DNA of 64,000 bases from Candidatus Parcubacteria bacterium. GTDB lineage: Bacteria; Patescibacteriota; Minisyncoccia; Phycocordibacterales; UBA918. Positions 17,772 through 27,800 of this stretch are shown here, piece by piece. Each line of letters starts with the position of its first letter. Positions within the stretch are counted from its first letter, which is position 1. The notes below the pieces were generated by a model. That model was not told where the DNA came from. It did no database searches and worked only from the letters and a program-made list of their open reading frames with translations. The stretch spans positions 5,800 through 69,799 of the forward strand of contig JBJOPW010000004.1 of NCBI GenBank assembly GCA_046050355.1, written 5' to 3'. The translations under genes and the position numbers were made by a program.

Positions 17772-20765
17772 CTAGACGTGCTTCATAACTACATCGACAG
17801 AGGTGGCTTTAATGAAGCGAGCCGGGTTCGGTTCAGTGGCAATGGCCTGGAAATGCTTCTCGCCGCATTTGATTTTAGCGCCCTCATGGTGGCGTAGATC
17901 ATCCCACCAGCCGCTGCTCTTCGTTTCGACAACGAAATAGAGCTTTTCCTCGCCGTCCTGGTCGATGAGCACCGCCCAGTCGGGGTTGTAGGTGCCGAGC
18001 GGGGTCGGAACTTTGAACCATGCGGGCAGCTTGGCGTAGACTTTCACGGCCTCGTTGGCTTCAAGGTCTTCAGCGAAGGACTTCTCAGTGCCCTCGGAAT
18101 CGTAGACCACGTACTCGAAGACCGACTTTTGCGCCGGGATGGCGTTCTTGAGGTAGGTTTTCAGCTCTTCCTGCTCGAACAGCTCCTGGCAGTAGTAGTC
18201 ATCGTCGCCAATGCGGCGGTACTTGATACCGTCCACCAGGGCGAGGCGCTTGGTGCGGTTGATGGCTTCGGCGGCCTGGTCAATAAACTGCTGCGGGTTG
18301 CGCTTGAAGTCCTCGATGCGGTCGCTCTTGAGCAAAATATCGACAATGCTGCCGCGCGTGAGCTGGGTCTTGTCCTGAAGCTCGGTGATGATGTCCGGCA
18401 GCTCGATGTCATCTTCATTTATCGTGGTGTAGGCGCTCTTGGCCCCGTCTTCCTTCGTCGAAACACCGCCCTTGCCGATTTCCAGTCCAGCCTTGCGGAA
18501 GCGCGCGCGGGTCTTGGTTATCGGTTCGGAATTGCGGATGTTCTCCGCGCAGTCCTCGATCAGTTTGGCGTTATCGAATTCCACCCGGTAGGTGGTCTTG
18601 TGCTTGATGCGCTCCCAAAGGGCCTTGAACTCGGGGCTTTGCAAGATGGCCTCGCGGGTCTTGATGACCTTGCGGTCGTCGGCGTTCTTGATGTCGAGGC
18701 GACCGGCGAGCTTCTTGAGGATGGCGCTGATCTCGCCAGCCTGGGCGGTGAACTCTTCGGGTAGCGCAAGGGTGCCAGCCTTGAGGGCCGTGCGCAGGCT
18801 GTCCTGAACCCGTCCCTTGGCGTCAATCAGCTCTGCGGCCTTGAGATGCTCCCAAAGCTTCTCGGAAGCAGTCGCGCCAAGCGGCTTAGCTTCGCCATCT
18901 TCCGACTGCACCATGATCGCAGCGAACTGATGCGGTTCGACGACGCCGAACTTGATGCCGGTATCCTGCTCGATCTCGCTCTGGAGGTTCTTGGCGAAAT
19001 CCTCGTAGCTTTCCGTGGCAATCACGGTGAGCGTGTTGACTTCGTGGCCCCGCAAGCGTTGGCCGCTCTGGTCAACACAAAGGCGAAGCCCGCGACCGAT
19101 GGTCTGCCGACGCTCGCGCTCGGTTCCCATGTCGCGCAGGGTGCAAATCTGGAAGACATTGGGGTTGTCCCAACCTTCGCGGAGCGCGGAGTGCGAGAAG
19201 ATGAACTTCAGCTTCGTGTCGAAGCTGAGCAGCTTCTCCTTTTCCTTCATAATCAGGTTGTAGGCCCGCTCGGCGTTGTCGCGGTTGGACTGGTTGTTTT
19301 CTGCCGTGTCCGTCCAGCCCCCCTTCTTGTCGATGGAGAAATAGCCGTTGTGTAGCTCTTCGGCGTCCTGACCGGGGTCGATCTGGGCGAACAGCGTATT
19401 GTAGGCCGGGCTCTTGGCGAGCTTCTTGTATTCCTCTTCGAACATGACAGCATACTTGCCCTTGTGGGCGTTTCCGGCTTCGTCGTACTGGCGGTAGTGC
19501 TCGACGCTGTCGATGAAGAAGAGGCTGAGCACCTTGATCGGGCGGCCTGTCTCTTTGAAGCGAAGCTCCTTGTCGAGGTGCTCCTTGATGGTGCGGCGGA
19601 TCATGAGCCGTTTTTGCTCATCAGGATCGACACCACCGTAGGACATGCCAGGCTTAAGTACCTTGTCTAGGCCAGGTCCCTGAAGCTCGATAGTTTGCTC
19701 GGGGCCAACGGTGATTGTTGCGATCTGCATGTTCTCGTAGAGGGAACGGTTGGTGAGCTGCTCCAGGTCGTCACCATCCTCGACGGTCACAATCTTGCGC
19801 TTCACATCCTTGCCGCTGGCGATGTCGAGCTCGACCTTGGCGGTGATGGAGCCTTGCCTATTGTGCGTCGAAAGCAGCTTCACGTAAGGCTTGTTGTGGC
19901 CGCCCTCTATCTCAAGCGAAGCAACCTCGATTTGCTTCACTAGGCCGCGCTCGTAGGCGTCCACGGCATCGAGCCGGTAGACCATGTGGTGCTTTTGCAA
20001 GTGAGTGGCTGAATAGCGAAGGGTACAAAGCGCGTTCATATCCTTTAGTGCCTGTCGCCCTGCACCTTGCAGACCGCCATCGACGCTTTGAGGCTCATCG
20101 ACGACAATGATGGGGTTGGTCGCCTTAATCAGGTCAATAGGCTTTTCCCCGCCTGTGTTCTCGCTTTCCCGATAGATAACATTCGTCTGGCGGGACAGAG
20201 CCTGAATGGTGGACACCATTATCTGAATAGTCGAGCTTGTAGCGAAATTGCGAACCTGCCCAAGCTTCGATGATTCATAGAGGAAATACTCGTAGCCCTT
20301 GGCCTTGGGGTAGAGGTTCTCGAAGTGGTCGCGGGTGATCTCCAGCGTCTTGTAGACGCCTTCTTTGATGGCGACAGACGGCACCACGATGACGAACTTC
20401 GTGAAGCCGTACTCGCGATTAAGCTCGAAAATCGTCCTGAGATAAACGTAGGTCTTCCCGGTTCCCGTCTCCATCTCGACGGTGAAGTCGCCGGATTGCA
20501 GCAGCTTGTCCTGGGCCAGGCCATTGCGTAGCTGCACCTCTGCCAGGTTATCCAGCAATTCTTCATCGATCAGCTGAAGCCGATTGCCCACGCCAAGATC
20601 ACTCTCGATAAGCCCAAGCGTGGCCTGAGACCCGGTCTGCGGACGGTAGGTCACGGTGAACTCTGAACGGGACACTTCCTGCCCCTTGAACAGCTCAACA
20701 ACCGATGCAATCGCCGCTTGCTGGTAATCAAGGTTGTCTTCGAAATGTAGTTTCATTGCAGGCAT
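17772..20765 (-). CDS. res: Type III restriction-modification Res subunit (helicase-nuclease)
   Basis: 997 aa. Helicase motif I is METGTGKTY and motif II is VVDEPQ. Located directly downstream of Mod. Confidence 0.85.
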   Translation of the reverse strand: MPAMKLHFEDNLDYQQAAIASVVELFKGQEVSRSEFTVTYRPQTGSQATLGLIESDLGVGNRLQLIDEELLDNLAEVQLRNGLAQDKLLQSGDFTVEMETGTGKTYVYLRTIFELNREYGFTKFVIVVPSVAIKEGVYKTLEITRDHFENLYPKAKGYEYFLYESSKLGQVRNFATSSTIQIMVSTIQALSRQTNVIYRESENTGGEKPIDLIKATNPIIVVDEPQSVDGGLQGAGRQALKDMNALCTLRYSATHLQKHHMVYRLDAVDAYERGLVKQIEVASLEIEGGHNKPYVKLLSTHNRQGSITAKVELDIASGKDVKRKIVTVEDGDDLEQLTNRSLYENMQIATITVGPEQTIELQGPGLDKVLKPGMSYGGVDPDEQKRLMIRRTIKEHLDKELRFKETGRPIKVLSLFFIDSVEHYRQYDEAGNAHKGKYAVMFEEEYKKLAKSPAYNTLFAQIDPGQDAEELHNGYFSIDKKGGWTDTAENNQSNRDNAERAYNLIMKEKEKLLSFDTKLKFIFSHSALREGWDNPNVFQICTLRDMGTERERRQTIGRGLRLCVDQSGQRLRGHEVNTLTVIATESYEDFAKNLQSEIEQDTGIKFGVVEPHQFAAIMVQSEDGEAKPLGATASEKLWEHLKAAELIDAKGRVQDSLRTALKAGTLALPEEFTAQAGEISAILKKLAGRLDIKNADDRKVIKTREAILQSPEFKALWERIKHKTTYRVEFDNAKLIEDCAENIRNSEPITKTRARFRKAGLEIGKGGVSTKEDGAKSAYTTINEDDIELPDIITELQDKTQLTRGSIVDILLKSDRIEDFKRNPQQFIDQAAEAINRTKRLALVDGIKYRRIGDDDYYCQELFEQEELKTYLKNAIPAQKSVFEYVVYDSEGTEKSFAEDLEANEAVKVYAKLPAWFKVPTPLGTYNPDWAVLIDQDGEEKLYFVVETKSSGWWDDLRHHEGAKIKCGEKHFQAIATEPNPARFIKATSVDVVMKHV

Positions 20766-20776
20766 ACTCGATCAGG

Positions 20777-22639
20777 TTACAGGCTGCGAACGTGGCTGAT
20801 GCCGTTCTGCTCAAGGATGGCCACCATGTTGGTCTTGGCGATGTCATCGGCGAAGGCACTGTCCCGGAAGAAGACATGGGAGTCAGTCTCAGGCTCGAGC
20901 TCCCTGTGCCAATCCAGAATACCTTGAGCGAGACTGTCCACGAGGGTTGCTTCAACTGAGGTATCAAGACATGCGAATAGCACGCCATAACCGACGCTGT
21001 AGACTGATTTTCCGGCAACTTTCCGTTCTTCTATTGGGGCAGTCAGCTCTATTCCACGCTTCAACAAAAGTTCGCATAGTATATCTGCTTCGGACCGACC
21101 TTCAACAAGGTGATCCTTATTTAGAAGCAAGGCTCCCTCCATATCATTGCGATCTGGGGTCCAGGCTTTGATACCAGATCGATTCAGCTGGAAATAGCGA
21201 AAGCCTAGATCCTTCACCTTTCCTTGCATTGTTTTTCCAGCTCTCCTAATTCTTTCAGCCGACAGCTTTGCTATGTTTTCGTATCCGGCAGCTCCAGCTA
21301 CAGAACTTTTGTCAATTTCCTCTGGCAACTGAATCTGGATAAACCTACGCGTCCCGCCATCTTCTGCATTGGCGGAGAGGACAGCATGGGCCGTGGTCGA
21401 AGAGCCGGCAAAAAAATCTATAATCAGATCATCTTTGCTGTCACTCTGTGACAACTGAATCATCCGACGAATCAATCTTGTGGGCTTGGGATTGTCGAAC
21501 ATTCCGGCCATTCCTAAGGCCTTCAATTCACTATTGGATTCGTGATTATGGCCGACTTCGTCATATGGCCACAATGTCGTTGGCGTAACCCCATCTTTTA
21601 TTTCGCTCAGAAAGCTTTTTCTTGATGGAGTCTGGTCTCCTTTTTCTCCAAACCAAATCTCATCACCTTCATCCATCATTTTCATAGATGCATCATTGAA
21701 ACGTCGATAGGTTCCAGCAGGTGGGGTCCATGTGACCCCATTTTTGAAGGTGTAGCTCGAGTTATTTGTTCCACTCTTGGCGTGCAAAGGCGTTGCCTTC
21801 CACGGTCCTTTGGGGTGACCATCTGGGTTCTTATAGGCACTTACTTGGTCTTCCGTGCGAGGAAGTTGATTTAGGACAAAACTATCTTTGTTTTTGGCGT
21901 AGCATAGGACATGATCATGATTTGATGAAAACCACTTAGCGTCGTTGGCGCGAGTGTATTTCTTTTGCCAAACGACATTAGCAATGAAGTTCTCTTCGCC
22001 AAATATTTCATCACAAATTTTTCGCAGGTTCGCCTGTTCCGTGTCATCTATTGTAACGAAAATTACGCCCTCATCGGATAGTAGGGTTCTTGCGAGGCGG
22101 ATTCTGGGATACATCATATTCAACCAATTGGTGTGTAATCTCCCGCCCGTTTCCATATTGGATGAAAATTTCATTCCATCCGAGGCAATCTGGCCGGTAT
22201 ACTTAAGGTAGGTCTCAAGATTGTCTTGGAATCTGTCGGGATAGATGAATTCATTCCCAGTGTTATAGGGCGGATCGATAAAAATCATTCTAGCTTTTCC
22301 TGCATAACTTTTTTGCAGGAGCTTCAGCGATTCAAGGTTATCCCCCTCAATAAAAACATTCCGAGTTGTGGCCCAATCGACACTTTCATCCTTTCGCGGT
22401 ACGAGCGTCCCTGTGCTTGGCGTGAGAGCAATTTGTCGCGCTTGCTTCTTGCCATGCCAGGTTAGGCCATACTTTTCCTCACCCTCATCTAGCACTTTTG
22501 CATCGCCAAGCAGCTGGCGAAGAACGTCAATATTCATCCCGCCTTCGGTGAAAGCGTCGGGAAACAGCGCCTTTAGCTTGGCAATGTTCTCGGCGATGAT
22601 GTTGGCGCTCTGGCCGTCTTCGTGGGTGACTTTTTTCAT
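20777..22639 (-). CDS. mod: Type III restriction-modification Mod subunit (N6-adenine DNA methyltransferase)
   Basis: Catalytic motif IV is IFIDPPYNTGNEFIY (DPPY). 620 aa. Confidence 0.85.
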   Translation of the reverse strand: MKKVTHEDGQSANIIAENIAKLKALFPDAFTEGGMNIDVLRQLLGDAKVLDEGEEKYGLTWHGKKQARQIALTPSTGTLVPRKDESVDWATTRNVFIEGDNLESLKLLQKSYAGKARMIFIDPPYNTGNEFIYPDRFQDNLETYLKYTGQIASDGMKFSSNMETGGRLHTNWLNMMYPRIRLARTLLSDEGVIFVTIDDTEQANLRKICDEIFGEENFIANVVWQKKYTRANDAKWFSSNHDHVLCYAKNKDSFVLNQLPRTEDQVSAYKNPDGHPKGPWKATPLHAKSGTNNSSYTFKNGVTWTPPAGTYRRFNDASMKMMDEGDEIWFGEKGDQTPSRKSFLSEIKDGVTPTTLWPYDEVGHNHESNSELKALGMAGMFDNPKPTRLIRRMIQLSQSDSKDDLIIDFFAGSSTTAHAVLSANAEDGGTRRFIQIQLPEEIDKSSVAGAAGYENIAKLSAERIRRAGKTMQGKVKDLGFRYFQLNRSGIKAWTPDRNDMEGALLLNKDHLVEGRSEADILCELLLKRGIELTAPIEERKVAGKSVYSVGYGVLFACLDTSVEATLVDSLAQGILDWHRELEPETDSHVFFRDSAFADDIAKTNMVAILEQNGISHVRSL

Positions 22640-22655
22640 GGTCTTCTTCTTGAAT

Positions 22656-23420
22656 TTAGTTGCTAAAGTTCAGGCGAGCTTCGAGCTTGAGTATAGCATC
22701 TTTTCGTTCCCTGATCATGCTGTTCAGGGTGATCTTGCTTCCCATCTGGTGCTCGCGATTCAGCGTGGTCCGGAGCTCAGCAATCTCGCGTTCCAGTTTG
22801 TGAATCTCCCCGAGAATGACAGTGTGTTCCTTGGATGCCGAGATCGAGGCCGAAACGAACGTCCCGGTCCTGTCCGAGGTGATCAGCCCGATGACCTGGC
22901 TCTGGAATGCTTCATAGAGGGCATAAAAGTTGGTGGCGGGAAGCCGGTGAAGCTGAATGGCCTCCAGGAAGGCCGCCTGTGATGTCGAAGGCTTGTTCGG
23001 ATCGATCCATTCGGTCTGCCAACGATCCACCAACACGAGCTTGGACTTGTCGGCCTGGTTGATCCGCTTTTCCGCAACACTGATGGCGATCTTGCCCGCG
23101 TGCTCGAACGCCAGGATCAGCGGATATGGAATGGCCCGGTGCATGAAGGCTGCGACGCGATTGAGGCGAGCAGGATTCGACAGCTCGACCGAAAGGACGG
23201 CGATCTCCAGGTATTCTCGCTCGCTGTCCTGGAAGGGTGCGATGTTGATGGTGTCGGGCTTGAGCGTGTATTGCCAGCGGATGCGCCCGACATCCTCGCT
23301 CAGCGCCTTCCTGTCGGTCTGGTCTAGCTCTGCGTGATCGAGGAACATCTTCTTGTAGACCGGCTTGTCGAGCAAGCAGGCTTCAGGGATGCCAAGGCTG
23401 GAGAGGAAGGCGTCGATCAT
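22656..23420 (-). CDS. DUF4391-domain protein
   Basis: 254 aa. Sits between the SNF2 helicase and Mod in the same operon, a recurrent DUF4391 neighbourhood. Its start overlaps the helicase stop. Confidence 0.55.
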   Translation of the reverse strand: MIDAFLSSLGIPEACLLDKPVYKKMFLDHAELDQTDRKALSEDVGRIRWQYTLKPDTINIAPFQDSEREYLEIAVLSVELSNPARLNRVAAFMHRAIPYPLILAFEHAGKIAISVAEKRINQADKSKLVLVDRWQTEWIDPNKPSTSQAAFLEAIQLHRLPATNFYALYEAFQSQVIGLITSDRTGTFVSASISASKEHTVILGEIHKLEREIAELRTTLNREHQMGSKITLNSMIRERKDAILKLEARLNFSN

Positions 23421-26400
23421 GCTGCGGCTTGGATAACGAGGAAGCTCACAACCTCAAAATCGTCTCCGCCCTTGAGGTGATCTTTGGTGAGCGCCGTACC
23501 GCCACGGGAAAAGAGGCTCTCGACGCCCTTTTCTTCAGTCTTGCCGACGACGCTCTCTATGGCGCGATCCAGCAGCTCTCGATAGGCGCTCATATCGCGC
23601 CCGTTCTTGGTTTTGGTGTTAAGGGCGTCGATGCTGGCGCGGTCTAGCTCAGTCGCAGACGCGGCGAGCTTCTTGTATACGTCCAGGCTCTTTTTGGCCT
23701 GAAGGTGATTGAACACGATGGTGCCCGCCTCGGAGACATAGATGAGGTAGAATGGCGTGAGCGCGTAGCTGTCTTCGTTCTGCACCTTACCCTTAAGGTC
23801 GCGCAGGCAGAAGATCACGCCTGGCACGGCTTGGTCAATGTTGGGCGACACAACCGCGTGAAAGCCGGTTGGTGAGCCTTCCAGGCGCTTCAGGTTTTCC
23901 TTCATGAAGCTGGACAAATCCATGCGGAAGTCGTTCAGCGTCATGTCGGTGATGGAGACGCTGCCATCCATGTCCTCAAGATCGATGACGGCATCTTGGA
24001 GCTGCTGCATTTGTTTGCGACGGTATTCCAGATCGTTCATCTGCTTGTTTTCGTCATATTCGATGACGTTCTCTTCGCCGGTCGCGGAGATGTCCAAGAG
24101 CACCATGCGACCGCTCACGCGGGCTTCGAGGTTGATATACTCGTCGAGCTGCATGTTAGGCCAGAAATTGGTGAGCTGGATCGCGGCGTTCTTCGATCCT
24201 AAGCGGTCCACGCGCCCGAAGCGCTGGATGATCCGCACCGGGTTCCAGTGGATGTCGTAATTGACTAGCATGTCGCAGTCCTGAAGGTTCTGGCCTTCCG
24301 AAATGCAGTCCGTGGCGATCAGGATGTCGATGTCAGTCGTGGCATCGGGGTCGATCTTGTCGCGCTCTTTTGAAACCGGCGAAAAATTAGTCAGGATGCT
24401 GTTGAGGTCGCGCGGCAAGCCGTCGATGGTGCAGCGGTTGGTTCCACTACCCGTCACGAGCGCGCTGTGGAGGCCAAATTCCTTCAGCGCCCAGGTGTGT
24501 ATGTGCTTGAAAAGATATTCAGCCGTGTCGGAGAAGGCGGTGAAAACGATGACCTTGTTGTTGCCAGGGTTGATCGGCGTTTTGAGCTTGGCGGCAATGG
24601 TGTCCTTCAGCTTTTGGAGCTTGGCATCGTCCGCAGCCGCAATCTTCCGCGCCTCGTCGAGCAGGTAGCCTAAAAGGATGTGATCGGCTTCGAGGTCCTG
24701 ACGCATCCGGATGAGGTCCAGGTCCTGGATCAGCACCTTGACCTTTCGGCCAATCATAAGGTCTTCGAGTTCGGGAGAATCTGCCTCGATGTCCTCGATG
24801 AGCAATTCCTCGATTTCCGTAGCCTCATGAGCATCGATCTTCGCGAGGAAGTTGCCGACCTGAGCATGAATCTTCTCGACGGTGAGAGCGAAGGAATGGA
24901 TCGAGCTCTCCATCCGCTTAAGCATGTTGACGCGCATGAGGTGGATCAGGCTGCGCTCCCGGTCCACCTGCTTGAGCGTCGATTTCCCACCTTTGACTTG
25001 TTGGTCGTACTTGCGGCTGTAATCGTCCTGCTTGTCGGCGCGCACATAATCCAGGGGCGCGTAGGCCGCCAGAGAAAGCTTCTTGATTGAGCGGTTGATG
25101 TCCTTGAGCGGCGGGAACCGGCCATCCTTGTCGATGTCCGACTTCACATTCTGCGGCTTCAGACGCTCGGGGAATTTCCCGATTTCCGCAGTGTCGTAAT
25201 ACTTCTCGATATGCCGCCGCGACCGCGCGATGGTAAGCAGGTCGAGTAGCTTGAAATAGCCGAAGTTAAGGCTTTCGAGCAGCCCTTCGGTGGTGCGGCT
25301 TTCAGCCGGTAGCTTCAGCCAGGTGTTGAACTGCGTCTGCGCGCGACGGAGTGTAACTTCTATGCTTTGAATGCCCGCATCGGCTAGCGCTTTGTCCTGC
25401 CCTTCGGTGATGAAGGCGACCTGGTTCTTCAGGTCATTCAGGCGATTGTTCACCGGGGTGGCGGAGAGCATCAGGACTTTGGTTTTGACGCCTTTCCGGA
25501 TTACCTCGTCCATCAGCCGCTGGTAGCGAGTGATCTTGTCTTTGCTCGGGTTGTTGTTTCGGAAATTGTGGGACTCGTCGATGACGATGAGGTCGTAGTT
25601 GCCCCAGTTGATCGTCTCCAGGTTAATCTCACCGGAGCGACCCGTCTCGCGGCTCAAGTCTGTGTGGTTCAGGACATCAAAGTTGAAGCGATCAGCCGCA
25701 AGCAAGTTGCGCTTGTCGTTGATCGTGTAGACAGTCCAGTTTTCTCGGAGCTTCTTGGGCGCGAGCACCAGAACGCGGTCATTGCGCAGTTCGTAGTATT
25801 TTATGACGGCCAGCGCCTCGAACGTCTTACCCAAACCGACGCTGTCGGCGATGATGCAACCGTTGTAACGCTCAAGCTTGTCGATAGCGCCGAGAACGCC
25901 GTCTTTCTGGAACTTGTAGAGCTTGTTCCAAACTAACGTGTCCTTAAAGCCAGTCTTCGACCGTATGATGCTTTCCTCATCGATTTCCTCGATGAAGTCC
26001 CTGAAGATATTGAACAGGGTGATGAAGTAGAGAAGGTTCGCAGGCTTATCGGAGGCGAGGAAATCAAGGCTTTCAAGCACCGCATCCTTTGCATTGCGAA
26101 CGGCAGTTGGATCATTCCAGATTGTCTCGAACCAGTTGAGCAACTGCTTCGTTGCCTCCGGGTCTTTCGCCACGGTGTTCATCGCAAAGCTGTTGGATCG
26201 CACAACGCCAAGACCAGCGGCTGTAAAGTCCGAAGTGCCAGCGACGGCAACCACTTCACCAAGGGGTGGTTGAATGTGAAAAATATTCTGCGCGATAGGC
26301 GCTCCTGCGAGCTGTCGGACCTGAGCCTTCTTTCGAACCCATTCCGCACACTCGGCGGCGATGCGCTGGAGGTTCAGCTCATTCTTCAGGCCAATCTCTT

Positions 26401-26668
26401 CAGTGGTCCCGGCTAGAGGCAGCGGGAGAGCGGCATCAGGTCGCGCCAAGAGAATGCGCAAGTCCTGAACCTTGTTGAGCTCTGACTTCAGGGCGGAATA
26501 ACCAAAAACGGAAAACCAGGCGGTCAAAACCAACATTTTCGAGTCTGGGCTCAAGGCCGCTCGAAGTTCGTCTACGACCTTGCCGTGGACCTTGTTATCT
26601 AGAAGCATGTGGACTTTTGCCTTGCCTGAAGAGTCGTCGTATGTGGTTGATTTTTTATGGGAATCCAT
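23417..26668 (-). CDS. SNF2-family helicase with an N-terminal PLD-like nuclease domain
   Basis: SNF2 motifs I (ADSVGLGKT), II (DLIVIDESHNFRN), and V/VI (QRFGRVDRLGS). The N-terminal ~250 aa are PLD-like. Start placed at 26668 from an internal ATG with an AAAGG ribosome-binding site. Confidence 0.75.
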   Translation of the reverse strand: MDSHKKSTTYDDSSGKAKVHMLLDNKVHGKVVDELRAALSPDSKMLVLTAWFSVFGYSALKSELNKVQDLRILLARPDAALPLPLAGTTEEIGLKNELNLQRIAAECAEWVRKKAQVRQLAGAPIAQNIFHIQPPLGEVVAVAGTSDFTAAGLGVVRSNSFAMNTVAKDPEATKQLLNWFETIWNDPTAVRNAKDAVLESLDFLASDKPANLLYFITLFNIFRDFIEEIDEESIIRSKTGFKDTLVWNKLYKFQKDGVLGAIDKLERYNGCIIADSVGLGKTFEALAVIKYYELRNDRVLVLAPKKLRENWTVYTINDKRNLLAADRFNFDVLNHTDLSRETGRSGEINLETINWGNYDLIVIDESHNFRNNNPSKDKITRYQRLMDEVIRKGVKTKVLMLSATPVNNRLNDLKNQVAFITEGQDKALADAGIQSIEVTLRRAQTQFNTWLKLPAESRTTEGLLESLNFGYFKLLDLLTIARSRRHIEKYYDTAEIGKFPERLKPQNVKSDIDKDGRFPPLKDINRSIKKLSLAAYAPLDYVRADKQDDYSRKYDQQVKGGKSTLKQVDRERSLIHLMRVNMLKRMESSIHSFALTVEKIHAQVGNFLAKIDAHEATEIEELLIEDIEADSPELEDLMIGRKVKVLIQDLDLIRMRQDLEADHILLGYLLDEARKIAAADDAKLQKLKDTIAAKLKTPINPGNNKVIVFTAFSDTAEYLFKHIHTWALKEFGLHSALVTGSGTNRCTIDGLPRDLNSILTNFSPVSKERDKIDPDATTDIDILIATDCISEGQNLQDCDMLVNYDIHWNPVRIIQRFGRVDRLGSKNAAIQLTNFWPNMQLDEYINLEARVSGRMVLLDISATGEENVIEYDENKQMNDLEYRRKQMQQLQDAVIDLEDMDGSVSITDMTLNDFRMDLSSFMKENLKRLEGSPTGFHAVVSPNIDQAVPGVIFCLRDLKGKVQNEDSYALTPFYLIYVSEAGTIVFNHLQAKKSLDVYKKLAASATELDRASIDALNTKTKNGRDMSAYRELLDRAIESVVGKTEEKGVESLFSRGGTALTKDHLKGGDDFEVVSFLVIQAAA

Positions 26669-26774
26669 GCCTTTTCTAGTCTCATTATCATTCCACAGAT
26701 CGAGACTACAAGCAAAGGTTGGGTGACCGGATTCTGCAGACCCGGCCACCCGCGCTCCCACAAGGGGAGGGTCG

Positions 26775-26960
26775 TCAGGTCTCGCGGCGCGTGATCCGCT
26801 CTTGGAGCCATTCCAGCACTTCGCTTTCGACCCATCCGACCCGGTTCGGCCCGAGGTTTACCCGCTTGGGGAATGCTCCGACCTTTTCCAGCCTCGCGAC
26901 GTGTTGCGGCGAGTACAGGACCAACTCTTTGAGCTGGCGCTTTGAAAGTATCCTCATCAC
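26775..26960 (-). CDS. alpA: AlpA-family phage/island transcriptional regulator (Xis-like HTH)
   Basis: 61 aa; LSKRQLKELVLYSPQHVARLEKVGAFPKRVNLGPNRVGWVESEVLEWL is the AlpA motif. Confidence 0.7.
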   Translation of the reverse strand: MMRILSKRQLKELVLYSPQHVARLEKVGAFPKRVNLGPNRVGWVESEVLEWLQERITRRET

Positions 26961-27142
26961 GATCTCTCCATGGTGAAGAGCATCGCGATGCCCAGGGTTA
27001 CGACGTTCCTAGGTGTGAGGAGAGTAGTGCGAGATTAGTTGCCATGCCATAGAGTTGTGCCGCTCTTGATCCGTTCCTGCATGGCCAGTGTGCGCTTTGA
27101 TTGAACCGGGATAGGGTTTTCGATTAGACTCCTGCACATGAA

Positions 27143-27472
27143 ATGGAGGTACGAATGAGCAGTATTGACTTGAACGCTCTCGACTTGGCTGAACTCAAGC
27201 AGTTAGCCAAGGACGTGTCGAAGGCGATTTCGGGGTTTGAGGATCGGAAGAAGTCGGAGGCTCGGGCTGCGCTCGAAGCTCAAGCCAAAGAGCTTGGCTT
27301 CACGCTGAGCGAGCTACTCGGGACTGGTAGCGGAAAGACGCGCGCACCGACCGTCGCCAAGTACCGCCATCCCGAGAATGCTTCGATTACATGGTCTGGC
27401 CGTGGCCGTAAGCCGCACTGGTTTTCAGACGCGATCGCAAAAGGTGTCTCTCCCGAGTCGTTAGCGGTATAG
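27143..27472 (+). CDS. H-NS-family nucleoid-associated protein (xenogeneic silencer-like)
   Basis: N-terminal coiled coil. C-terminal TWSGRGRKPHWF is an H-NS DNA-binding motif. Confidence 0.7.
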   Translation: MEVRMSSIDLNALDLAELKQLAKDVSKAISGFEDRKKSEARAALEAQAKELGFTLSELLGTGSGKTRAPTVAKYRHPENASITWSGRGRKPHWFSDAIAKGVSPESLAV

Positions 27473-27800
27473 TCTCGTGGTGCGATCATACTCTCAGGCG
27501 CGGCCACGGCTGCGCTTGGGCCGCCTAGATCGTTGATCGACCGGAGGTGGTCTAGAAGGTGGACCGGATTCTCAGCGCTCTACAAAAGCTATATTTTTCA
27601 GTGCATTGGAAAATTTAGTGGTGCCCAGAGCCGGAATGGGATTGCCGGAACATTCCAACACATAGCCTTGCATTTTCAATTTCTTAGACCAAGTCGCGGC
27701 TCCAAGGGCAACACATCGCCGAACATCGCTGAACATACAATCACAACCCTTGAGGTGGACTAAAAGGTGGACTAGAAAAGGTGGACTGCGGGAGGATTCG

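Noticed and set aside
18129-19355. Multiple 60..211-aa ORFs on both strands inside the type III res gene
   Set aside because: All lie within the 997-aa Res CDS. Their compositions (Ala/Arg/Leu-rich or Ser/Pro/Arg-rich) are typical of off-frame GC-rich sequence.
26669-26761. 31-aa N-terminal extension of the SNF2 helicase ORF, reaching toward alpA
   Set aside because: The internal ATG at 26668 has an AAAGG ribosome-binding site, and the extension is low-complexity. With the shorter start the helicase no longer crowds the alpA gene.
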